DNA from: Vermamoeba vermiformis
Lineage: Eukaryota
Assembly: GCA_045837725.1 (NCBI GenBank)
Contig: JBEWZL010000078.1
Coordinates: 1-64,000, forward strand
Length of the DNA: 64,000 nucleotides
Direction: 5' to 3'
The position numbers were made by a program, and so were the translations under genes. The notes beneath the pieces are model-generated. The model had not been told where the DNA came from and did not search any database. It saw only the letters and a list, made by a program, of their open reading frames with translations. Below, in pieces: positions 38,697 to 50,539 of the stretch; positions within the stretch are counted from its first letter, which is position 1, and every line of letters starts with the position of its first letter.

Positions 38697-40232
38697 GTGG
38701 ATGGGCTTCAATACGAAATCAACAGTGTAGACCAAATTGATCTAGCAAATAACAGTGCTGCGGTATTGAAAGCTTTAGCAAAGTTATTGAAAGATAATAG
38801 ATCCGTAAAGATTATACGGGTGGAAGAGACATTTCTAAGTTTTACCGAAGATGCAGCCTGCTCCATGCGAGAAATTTTATCAATTCCGCGGATAAAATTC
38901 CATGTATCAACAGAAGATCAAAGAACGTATTTGAAGCTTTTCAATGGCCGTAGTTGCGTTAAATATATTACGCATCTGGTTGTCGAAATGAAAACCAAAC
39001 CACTGGACAGACTGCTCGATCAATTAAGCAAAGGAACGAACATAGAAAAATTATGCATCAGAAATAGGCTTAATTTGAAGAATTTGCCTAAACTTGGAAG
39101 CTTTCAGCATCTCAAATGTTTAGCGATCCAAGTCTTCGATAGTGGCTGCGAGGACTTATGTAAAGCCTTACGGAATATCAAAACACTACGTACGTTGAAT
39201 TTGTCAAAGAGTTTCATTCAGGAGAAATCAGCTGTGCTCAGTCTGGCGGATCTATTGGCTCAAAATACCGGCATAGACTTGCTGATTCTCAACGAGTGTA
39301 AAATGGATAACAATTCCCTAAGCAACATTTTTAAAGCTCTGTTAAACAACCTTACGATAGTAGGCCTTGATATTACAGCAATCAAACCATTTAAACAAAT
39401 CGATCTGTCGATCATCGGCGAGATCACCAACAAGAAGAAGCTGAAAACTCTTTCACTGGACTCATATGACATTAATATGGCAAAGGTCTTTAGCGTGGAT
39501 AACTTGGTTATTACAACAGATAAATTCGAAGACTTAAAAGGTCAAGGAGGAGGCAATTGCTGCCCCGAAATTTCCCGTATCTTCGTCCACGCTGACAGCC
39601 GAAAAGTCAAGACATTATTCGAAGTAATAAATAGCAACAAAAACATTAAGGAATTCTCAATACGTCAACTTTTTGATCCCGAAAAGGCAGATGGGGTATT
39701 ACGCTCCTTGAAATCGAACACGACATTATCAAAATTTGCAGTATATGATATGAAAATCAGCGATTTCAATATACTACGCGAGATGATAGAAAAAAACAGC
39801 ACCTTAGAAGAGCTGACTTTAAGAGGCTTTATAGCTAGCCGTCGCAACGCCACTATTTTGTTGAAAGCGTTGGAAAACAATAAGTCATTGACAAGAATCA
39901 ATCTGCACTCGTTGGTTTGTCATATCAAGCATTTCAGAGAGTTATTGACAGCGAATCCATACATTTCATTCATCGACGATTCAAATTGGCCACCGGATCA
40001 CAAAATGTCACCTGAAGAGGCGAAGATTAAAGAAGAAGTCATCGCTTTGAACGAAATAAACAAACAAAACGCAAGAAAACGATTGTTGGCGAGGAGAATG
40101 AACGTCATTATTTTGGCCCGAAGTTACCTATCGCGAGTAGTGCCGATGGAAGTTTGGCAAGAAATATTCATGTACTTGGACGCGCAGTTGGAATACTTTG
40201 CTTTGTTCCAACGCTCATTGGCTCCAGAATAA
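38697..40232 (+). CDS. RNI-like leucine-rich repeat protein; 5' end uncertain
   Basis: Repeats such as LRNIKTLRTLNL, NSTLEELTL, LENNKSLTRINL; C-terminal VPMEVWQEIFMYL. Confidence 0.75.
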   Translation: MDGLQYEINSVDQIDLANNSAAVLKALAKLLKDNRSVKIIRVEETFLSFTEDAACSMREILSIPRIKFHVSTEDQRTYLKLFNGRSCVKYITHLVVEMKTKPLDRLLDQLSKGTNIEKLCIRNRLNLKNLPKLGSFQHLKCLAIQVFDSGCEDLCKALRNIKTLRTLNLSKSFIQEKSAVLSLADLLAQNTGIDLLILNECKMDNNSLSNIFKALLNNLTIVGLDITAIKPFKQIDLSIIGEITNKKKLKTLSLDSYDINMAKVFSVDNLVITTDKFEDLKGQGGGNCCPEISRIFVHADSRKVKTLFEVINSNKNIKEFSIRQLFDPEKADGVLRSLKSNTTLSKFAVYDMKISDFNILREMIEKNSTLEELTLRGFIASRRNATILLKALENNKSLTRINLHSLVCHIKHFRELLTANPYISFIDDSNWPPDHKMSPEEAKIKEEVIALNEINKQNARKRLLARRMNVIILARSYLSRVVPMEVWQEIFMYLDAQLEYFALFQRSLAPE

Positions 40233-40433
40233 TGACCAAGGAAAAACAAGAGGATAAAATTTAAACCAGGCACCGCGTTGATTGGCAACATTGCTGCTCG
40301 CGTCCTTATACGCATGTTTTATGCTTATTACTTTGGTACATAAGTCTTTTTTATGTCTAATAAACTGAGCTTGATTGGATCCCGATTCAATTTTTCTCAA
40401 ATTTGTTGATGTTTTATCTAAAAAAAGTGATAT

Positions 40434-40670
40434 TTATGGCATGAGCACAGCAGAAGGAGTGCTCGGTGTGGCAGGTGATGCAGAAGGGTTGTTTCCAGTC
40501 ATTGGTGCACTGGTGCTCGGTGTCAGGAGCGTGCAACCATCAGCACCGAAGCCAGGACCCTCGTAGCCTCATTGCACGTGCAAGTAGCAGCGATCACGAG
40601 ACTCGGCGCGCAGGTGGGGTGTTGATTGCAAGGGTTGAAGATCGAATCGCAACTCAACTGCTTGGCGAAC
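40434..40670 (-). pseudogene. EGF-like domain plus Ser/Pro/Thr stalk remnant
   Basis: C..PCNQHPTC..CTCNE/GYEGPGFGADGC with a 1-nt frameshift; no upstream exons found. Confidence 0.45.
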
Positions 40671-40752
40671 ACTAGGCCAGTCTTGTCACCAAGCACCCAC
40701 AACGTGCCCATTGAAGTGGTACTTACACGAATTTACAGGCTCAAAAGCACAT

Positions 40753-43667
40753 TTATGACTTCATATTCATGCGAACTTTACAAAATTGTGGCGCGAGTTC
40801 AATCAGCCACTCTGGTTCGACAACAATGACGTCTCGCATATAGTACTTGCTCGTAAACACCTGATATACACGTCATTAAACTTGTGGTTGCACTTGTTGA
40901 TTCAATTTAGAATGATACTCACCAACTCACTGAAGATGACACACTTCGGCTTTGTGCCTGCCAATATCGATGTCGGATGAATAAACGCAGTCTATAACAA
41001 CAACATTAGCACTACACGACAGGACTAGCTACATCAAGCTTACCTGTTGCTGCATTAACAACTGATACGAAGCACGAGCGTTACCACCGGATGTGACGAG
41101 TGTTGCAGCGTGCAAGAAGAAACCTGCAGCAAAACACTTCCTAATTTGGGCATCATTTCCATCGCACGACGAGATTGTTTCGGGATAATTCTTTTGCGCC
41201 TCGTCGGAGTTATTGGCCTTTTTGCGCATGACGGCACACATGGTCAGCCAGTAATTGCTCAACTGCTCGCGAATTTGCTGAAATAATATTATGCTTAATA
41301 TACTGCGCTATAAGATCTGTAATATTACGTACCACTGCCTTCTTCATGGCCTTGCCGTTGATATTGAACTTTTTGCACCAATGATTGCTTTGACCGCTCT
41401 CCTGATAGGCCTTGTAAACATTCAACAAGACCAACAGATCTCCGTCGGGGTGTGCGAATGGTCGTTTGACACCTGTCAAATCGACGTCTTCACCACTCGG
41501 TCGGCCAATGTGTTGGGGGAAAATGAAGATATTTTCTGAGCTGAGCATTGCCAAGATTGTTATTACCTAAAAAGGAAATTAGGGCCAGGTAGCACGTGCC
41601 ACTATTTTCTATACCTCATCGGTGCACTTGAACTGCTGTGACGCAATGAGAACACGCGAATAAAGTGGCTCTAACGGGAACAGCGCCATTTGTTTGCCTA
41701 AATCAGACAGACTTCCATCTTTGGACAGTGCGCCGAGGATCCACAACATTTCCAGGGCTTTTTTAACTGAATGCAATGTCAATAAGTAAGATCTCTATGT
41801 AATTTCATCTGATACGTACGTGCTTGAGGCGAGGGCTGTTGCAAATAAGGGAAGTTCAATACGTCTCGATGACCCAAGTTCAGCAGTGTCAGCACGAGTG
41901 TCTCGAGACTGACGCGCTTAATTTCAGCGGGGAATGAGATGGGCAGATTTAAGAACGTCTCTTCAGTATATAATCGGTAGACTTTGCCACCAGCTACACG
42001 ACCGCAACGACCTAAGCCTGTGTCAATAACCGACTCGTGTGAAAGGCTACGCTGAATCTTACCTGCGCGCTGCCAAGCTTGTGACCGAGAGACAGACACG
42101 ACTACGAGTGCTGAAGATGTCATTGGAGTGACCTGATCACGTGACCCACCAGTGCCACCACTGACAGTTATACTTGCCCCTGCCAGTCGTGCTTTAACGA
42201 CACCGGGGTCTATGACATAACGAATATTCGGCACAGTGATGGAAGTCTCTGCAATGTTGGTGCTGACAACGACTTTGCGGGTCTTGGGTGGGGTAGGCTC
42301 GAACACTTTGCTTTGAAGTTCAGGCGTCAGTGCACCATAGAGGGGCACTAATAATAGTGTGTCTGACTCGGGTGATAAAAATTGAATTCGCTCTGATAAC
42401 AATTTGCATAACGTCTCAATTTCCTCGCGACCTGTTAGTGTTGTTAATAAGGATTCTTAATACTGGTTATGTAATACGCACCAGTCATAAACACCAATAT
42501 ATCGCCCTTTTCTTGCTCTTCGTGTATTTGCATCACTGTCAACATCGCTGCATCGACGTAATTTTTTTCAGGTCTGGATGTGTAAAACACTTCAATGGGG
42601 AACATACGACCTTGTACGTAGAATACAGTAGTGCTATAAAAAGATTGTTAACATCAGTCAGTTCTTGCTTTGGCAGGGAGGGACATACTTGAAATATTCC
42701 GCGAAAAGATCTGCTTCTAAAGTAGCACTCATCACTACAATTTTGAGTTGTGGTCGCTTTGAACTTTGCAATAATTTTAAAAGCCCGAATAATAAGTCCG
42801 TATTCAACGTTCTTTCGTGTGCTTCGTCCAATATAATTGCTTCGTAGCTGCTCAACATTGGATCCAACTGCAACTCTCGCAGCAACATACCTGTCATAAA
42901 TATTAACTTCTACAATCATTAATCTAGCGCTGCCGTACCATCAGTTAAGAATTTAATGCGAGTCTTATCATTGTACACGTGTTCAAATCGCACTGAATAA
43001 CCGACATAGGTGCCGAGTGGTCCTTTGCCGGTCTCTTGAGCCACGCGCTGTGCTACTGATCGTGCAGCCACTCGTCGGGGCTGAGTCACGGCCACAGCTG
43101 CTTTATCGCTGACCAATCCTGACTCGACCAGGTACTGGCATACCTCTGTAATATGGAGTGCAATCGTCAGTTCAACTCTGATCCGTAAATCCATAGAACC
43201 ATTGGTCAAGACATTCAAAACGTTTGAAGTTTCCCAATTTAATATCTTATTGATGTACTATGGAAAATAAATACTTACGTGTTGTTTTACCAGATCCTGT
43301 CTCACCAATAATGACGAGGTTGTTGTGCGTTTTTAAATGGTCAATAATTTTTTGACGAGCTGTGCATGATTAAATGTTAATATGGTGCGGGTAAAACGCA
43401 TTAATTATAATGAAATAAAACGATCTGGATCGTCCAAAATATTAAATGAGCGTTACCTTCGAAAATAGGAAGCCTCTTCCTGTGTTCGTCCATTTTTTTT
43501 CGCTCATCAGAAATATTTGTATTATTTTGTTGTGCAAATGGAGGTGATTTTGTTTGGATCCAATCCGCTTTGCTGTCATTCATTCCTGTCTCCGAAAATC
43601 GTCGTTTCTTGTTATTATTCGCCCCGTTTGCATGAACGCCATTAGGGGAGTGCGACGTGCCGTTCAT
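40753..43667 (-). CDS. DEAH-box RNA helicase (DHX33/DHX8 family)
   Basis: [48 protein letters not shown]2 and OB regions. Confidence 0.93.
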
Positions 43668-43802
43668 TTCTGTTCTCTGTTTGCTCGATCCGCGTGGAAA
43701 CCAACCAGAAATTTGTCGCTTAGAAATTGCGCGAAACAATAAAAAATATCGTGTTCGAGCGCATTAAACGGTATACCACCTTATCAACCGTTTTTAGACA
43801 CA

Positions 43803-44923
43803 ATGGTAACGTTTATTAGAATTATTTCCAGATCATGCCAGATGTGACTGATATTTTTAATAGAACCGGTTAAACAGCACCCAAAAAGAACAATGCAAAA
43901 ATTTTATGAGCTTCACTGGTGAAACCAGGTAAAATTAAATGAATATAAAGGGATTATTTTTCGTTATTATCGAGTCTTTATTTGATAATTTCACTAACCA
44001 TGCAAAATTAAACGCTAATATTATTATTTTAGGGACCAGATTGCTATTGACTTCTTAACAAAATTTAAATGGAACGTTGAAGTCGCTTGCGACGAATATT
44101 TCACAAATCCACCTCCTCCTTCAAAAGAGAAGGCTGCAGATGAGAACAAAATTGCTACTTTATTCTCTAAATACGCAGGTAATATTATCGTTACTAAAAA
44201 ATGGTTGAAAACATGCTGACAAGGCTGTTCAGACCAAGAAGGCGCTGCCATCTACGGTGATAACATGGACAAGTTCTTGCAGGAGCTTGGCGTCGATCCT
44301 GAAGACATCACCTCACTTATCTTGCCGTGGTTATTAGAAGCTGAGACTATTGGTGAATTCCACAAGGAGGAATTTGTTGAAGGCATGAAGAAGATCAAAT
44401 GCGAGACTTTGCAAGCATTGAAAGACAAAATTACAAGCTCCAAAGCTCAACTTAAGGACGACAAAGTATTCAAAAACTTCTACATGTACATTTTCGATTA
44501 TGCAAAGGGTGGAGACAAAGTTAAAGTGCTCGATCTGGATTTCGCTATCGTGTTATGGTCTATGACAATCAAGGACAAATTCAAGTACTTGGACATTTGG
44601 ATTCAATTTTTGAAGGTACGTTAATGCACTATTCGATTTGTTTTCAGGCACTCTGTTAACGTGGATCTGCCTTAAAAATAATACTCTAATATACGGCAAA
44701 CAAACACTCCACCTCTAATAATTATGCTCACTTATTTATAATGTCATAGGATACGCGCAATAAGGCTATTCCTCGTGATACCTGGGCCTTGTTGTTGGAT
44801 TTCGCTAAGAACATTAACGACGAGATCAACAACTATGATCCTGAAGGTGCCTGGCCCGTGCTTATTGACGAATTCGTAGAATATATGAAGATTAACCAGC
44901 CCAGCGCTTTCAAGTCTAAATAA
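43803..44923 (+). CDS. DCN1: DCN1-like neddylation E3
   Basis: UBA-like [49 protein letters not shown]; first coding exon is ATG only. Confidence 0.95.
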
Positions 44924-45485
44924 GCGCGATGGTTATGGATGTGGGTTTAAATTTTAATTGGGGTTGTGGTGTACGTATTTTTGATTGGCTGTATTGATTA
45001 TAAGAAGACGTAATGGTCTCTATTATAGTTAATACTGTCATATTGACTGCTTTTCAGTTTATGTCGAGTTTGACTGCGGATTTGCAATCAACTCGATGTT
45101 GAATTGAAGGGCATTTGTATCGTTGAATAAACCTATTTAACACTAGTTCTTGTTTAACAATGATTCGGGCAATCAGAGACGCTTAAAAATAGATAACAGC
45201 AAAAAGGATCAACGATCGTTGTTGCTTTATTTTGTACATAGATCACCACATATCCATCTTGTTGTAAATAATATATTCCACCAAATCAAGGTAAGATAAC
45301 GTCCTGCTGGCGGATGTCTCTCCATAGGGCACTGTGTTGGGTTCGAGATCCGACTTTAATTTAATGAAGATGGATATTAATTAATTAAAAATTGTCTATA
45401 TATTATTTAATGAAATTACTGGTCATTGCAAAAATAATTACAGCATATGAAGCTAAACAGAATTTTAATTGCATTTTCTTAGCAG

Positions 45486-46993
45486 ATGTCAAAGAGTAGC
45501 ACCGCAAATACACAAACAGACAATATGAACACAGATGATCGTCGTGGTGTAAAGCGACGACGTGAAGACGAAACAGAGGAACAGAACACGATCGATCTGA
45601 CAAAGAGTGAATCCAAGCCACAACTCTCGCGTGCTGAGAGTGCGCTCGCGTTCAGAAATGGCGCGGGTCCAGTGCTCGCTGGCTGCAGATCAATCAACGA
45701 ATTCGAAAAAATAGCTGAGATTGGTGACGGTAAGTAGGGCCATGTACTTTGCAAAATTTTTTCTCGGTGACCTCAACGACCGATATCGGGTATTTTCCAA
45801 CCCGTTGCCGAATCCAGTCCAACTGGACTTTCCTTTTATGGAAGTTTTATACTAGCCCTCACCTCCTCATGCCTCATTACTAACACACCAATATCAGGCA
45901 CATACGGTGTCGTATTCAAAGCACGCGACATGGCCAGCGGCAACATTTACGCGCTGAAGAAAGTGAAGATGGAACAAGAGCGCGAAGGCTTTCCAATGAC
46001 ATCACTGCGCGAGGTCAAGCTACTGATGCAGTGCAAACACCCGCACATAGTCAATGTACAGGAGATCGTTGTTGGCCGCAGCATTGACGACATATTCATC
46101 GTCATGGAGTACTGCGAGAACGATCTCAAAGCACTGATGCACGAGAACAAATCACCGCTGTTCACTTTGAGCGAGACCAAGTGTCTCATGCAACAACTGC
46201 TCGGGGTAAGTACGATCTTTCATTTACTGGTATGGGCCCTACTGACACGTGTACTCTGTCACAGGCCATGGAATACTTGCACGAGAATTGGATCATTCAC
46301 AGAGACATCAAGACGAGCAACTTGTTGTTGAACAATCAAGGCATGCTCAAGCTCGCTGACTTTGGTCTGGCACGTGAATACACTCAGCCCTCCAAGCCCA
46401 TGACACCTGTCGTCGTCACGCTGTGGTATCGTGCTCCTGAACTGCTGCTCGGTGAGAAGAAGTACGGGCCTCCCATCGACATGTGGGCGGTTGGCTGCGT
46501 TATGGCCGAATTATTGACTAACGAGCCACTGTTCCCTGGCACAACTGAATTCAAACAACTCGACCTCATGTTCCAAACACTCGGCACAGCCAATGAACGT
46601 ATCTGGCCTGGCATGCTCGAGCTCGAGCACGCGCGCAAGTGGAACTTCGTTAACCAGCCGTACAACCGCTTAAAACAGAAGTTTCCGCGCTTGTCAGACC
46701 ACGGCTTTGACTTGTTGAACAGATTGTTGACCTACGACCCTTCAAAACGAATCACAGCGAGTGAGGCATTGAAGCACAAGTGGTTCGAAGAGTCACCGCT
46801 GCCCAAGGACATGGATCTGATGCCAACATTCCCTCCACGCAGTGACCGCAAGAAGACTGGCGCTGTGGCCAAGTCACCGCGCTCACTGAAAGAGTCGCAC
46901 TTGTTGCTGAATCAAGACCACAACTACGACATTCAAGACCGCAATTATGACAAGGAGAATGCACCTGTGTTGGGTCCTGTTCTGCCGCAATAA
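45486..46993 (+). CDS. CDK10/CDK11 (PITSLRE-family) kinase
   Basis: [47 protein letters not shown]. Confidence 0.93.
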
Positions 46994-47398
46994 ACTGCGT
47001 TGTATTAATAATAATAACCCGATGACTAGTGATAAAGAAAACAATTTATTATTGGTACAGGAAAAAATACGCAAAGAGAGTTGGATATGGTGCGGTTGTC
47101 GATTATGACTAGTTGGAATGACATACAAAAATGTTATTTGGGAGTGTAGGTTTGGTGATCGTTATTGGGTATTGATATTATTTATTAAAACGTCAATAAC
47201 ACGCCTCGAGTTCTGCGACGAGACTTTGAAAGGTTTAATGAATAATTTTCAATGTCTTTTCATTCGCAGCATGAGAGCAGTGTTATTATTATTTACAATG
47301 TATTATTGTATAATATTATAGAAAATTAAACGCGTTTCACTCCAAAATAGTCAAAACTGACGCGCACACCAGCCAATTAACCGCAGCGAGTGATGTGC

Positions 47399-50124
47399 TT
47401 ATTGCATCTTGATCTGTTCGACCACGCCCGAGAGTTCCTCGGCGATGCTGTCCTTCTCCTGCACCTCTGTTAGTCACACATGTCTCACCAGTGCGCAACA
47501 CCACTACGTACCTTGTCCATGGTCTCAGCGTGATCATCGTCCGCATCGTCGTCACGGTCCATGTCCGCGTCGTCATCGTCCTTGGCCTCGCCACCGAACT
47601 CGTCAGAGAAGGTCAAATCAACGTCATCATCGCTGTCATCTGTGCACATCGAGCGTTAGTCACTGCATTACTAAATATGGAAATAAGCTCTGTTGCGCGT
47701 ACCATCGTCGTCGTAATCGTCGTCGCCATCACCGTCGTCATCGTCATTGCCGCCAAGTGAACCAAAGTTCAGTTCACCGCCAGACATGAGACCGAATGAC
47801 AATCCGCCAAAACCGCTCAAAGGATGGCCCAACATTCCTAATTAGGCAAGTCAGTCACGTGCACACGAACACTTGGCGCGCAAGATACGTACTCGGCTTT
47901 TGACCGCCCAAAGGCTTGGCCTCGTTCTGTCGCTCTTCTTCGACGACCTTGTTCAAGTACTCGGAGAATTCTTTGTGCTCGTTGATCAACTTCTTCAGCT
48001 CTTCATTGGTGCCGCTCAATTGCTCGTTCAGAGCCAACACAATGCGGATCAGGTGGCCCATGTTGCCGCGGCGAATACCCTTAGGCTTCAATCTGTAGAA
48101 TATAATTAAGATTGACCCTATATAATGAGTATAATTAGGCACTTACAAGTCTTCAGTGTTTGCGCGATCAGCTTCTAGAAGTTTGTCCAAAAGCTTGGAT
48201 TTGGTGATGAGCGACAACTTCAGACTCTCATTGTCGTGAATAAGAATGTGCTTGATAAGAGTCTCAATGTGAGCGTGTAAGAAGTTGTTCCAGACGAATT
48301 TGTTGAACAAGTCGAGGCAGATGGTGATCACATCCAACTCCAAAAGCTTGTCCTCGACGCACTTGTAGTTAGTTTGCAGCAAGGCCAATACAAACTCCAA
48401 GATCTTCAGTCTGTTGGTACCGAAGGGCTCGATTTCACCCACAGTGCTGGGGATAGTGCCGTTGCTCTGTTAGAATTGAACGGTCAATAAAGCACATGCC
48501 GATGCTATATTAAATGACTCTATGCCACGCTTAATGACTAGTGTGCAATAAGAAATTTTTTTGTGTTTAAAAATTAAAATTAAATTTTGTGCGGGGAGGA
48601 GATCTACTTCTAAGGTCAAAAAAAGATTCGCGTACCTTAGTGAGCAGCGATGAGAAGTGCGGCAAGTGTGACAAGCTGACGCGCAGGACAGGACTGAGCG
48701 AGTCCAAGGTCGACATGGTCTCGTGCACGGGCTTGGCATTGCGACGCAAGAGCTCGACAACAACTGTCAGACCGTGGACTAGCGAGGTTGTGGCTCTCTG
48801 CAAATAATAATATTAGCGTGATATTATACATGACTTGTATAGTATTTTCAATATTGTGCGTCAATAGTTCTGATCAGGGAGTTTCAAAAATTACCTCATC
48901 CAGAATGTATTTGAACAAATGGTTTAAGGTCTCTTCACTCTCTAATTCTTCCATCAATAACGAAGGCTTGTTGTTGCTAATATTCACAATGTCGGTCAAT
49001 GCTGCTGCGGCGTGCTCATGAACGTCGGCATCCAATGTTGGCTCAAATTTATCGAGCACTGAACGAATTAAATTGCCTTCTTTGAGCCACTATAATATAT
49101 AGTGTTAGTAAAACGAATATATCACGCCAAGACATGAGTTTGAGAGTCAGATCGGTTCGTGTACGTACTTGCAAAATGCCGCTTTCAGAATCGTCCATAG
49201 AAATCAATTTAAGCAATAAATCCATAATTGAGGCGCTGCCCATGTGTGTCAAGAATTTGTGGATCATATCGGGGTGTTTCTTCATAAAAGCAAGGACCTA
49301 CAAAGAAAATAAATACCTGCATCTGCAACCTTCAAATAGAAATTGAACGTACGTCTTTAGGGTTCTTTTCGAGGAGGAAAGCGATCAAACGACCAACATA
49401 GTTGGACAAAAGCGGATCCAAGGGTGCTTTGTTGTCCAAAAATAAGAATAATTTATCGATCAGTTCTGGATTTCTGAAGATAGCGTCCACTACTGGTGAA
49501 ATATCGGATACTAAAATCTCGCACGCAATGAAGGGATATCTAAGCGAAAGAAAGTCAGCATTAGATCCCAACGGTAGATTTACTTGTAACGATCGAGCGT
49601 TTTTTTGTTGCTTACTTGTATCGTCGCTTCGGGTCATCATTATCAGTAGGTTCTTGAGTAATATATTCGATTAGTTTTGAGAGCTGAGGCAAGTCAGTCA
49701 AGCTGCACAAGGTTCGGTTAAGGAAACAAATTGAATAATTAAAAACGCGGGCAAAGAGATGCAACTAATTTAATGGCGTAATCAAAATAATATAATTAAT
49801 CAATTATATCTGCAAGTAACAATATCAAGAGCTAATCAATTATTGCCAGAGAACTAAATTGAAGTGCAAGTGGAATTAAAATAATAAAAAATGATTTTGC
49901 TTGCAGTTAAATTGAATTAAACACCATCAAGCAAAAATAGATAAATGCGTTATAATAAATAGAGGTGGATACTATTCCATCAATTTCTTGTTCAGTGCTT
50001 TGGACTCTTGCAAAATCTCCTCTTCTTCAAGAAACTCTTCCAAAGTGTAATCACCACGATCGAATATGGTATCGATCGCTGACACTGTGTGAAATCCGAA
50101 TGTTCGCCAGAACGACATTGACAT
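47399..50124 (-). CDS. SAPS / PP6 regulatory subunit
   Basis: MSFWR..TLEEFLEEEEILQE, YPFIACEIL, PFGTNRLKI, FVWNNFLH, GNMGHL; acidic tail. Confidence 0.92.
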
Positions 50125-50539
50125 ATATTTCTTATATTACGCTGTTTATTGTATTTTTTGATCAGTCTGATTTGATTCGTCGGCTGGTGGTTGTCAACTG
50201 GAAACTGAGTGCTGAACTACCAAACCATAAAAAATCAAATATAACTGTTGCACGTTGATAAGGTGCTAATGTCCTGGGTACCTTGTTGTTTACTGCCGCC
50301 AAAATCACGACACAACGGAAAGAAAATAATTTCCTCCCTTCGAAAATCAGGGAGGAAAATGGGAATCAGTTGTCGATCGCCCTTTTTGGTTCGCGGTTAC
50401 GCAATTCGCTGCGTAGACATACCATAACTCGTGTTTGCGTGAATTTCGGCTGCTGGCGTTGCGAAAGGCTCACCGTAAATGATCCGGGGCTCGTGGTAAC
50501 GTGGAGTTTAAATTGAATAAAAGTGATATTAAATTACAA

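Noticed and set aside
45301-45357. B-box-like GGTTCGAGATCC hairpin in an intergenic region
   Set aside because: No A box, cloverleaf or strong terminator found; insufficient for an ncRNA call
47409-47789. Plus-strand His/Arg-rich and Val/Ile-rich ORFs
   Set aside because: Antisense shadows of the Asp-rich SAPS tail; the same applies to ORFs opposite the Lys/Glu-rich region at 53.4-54.3 kb
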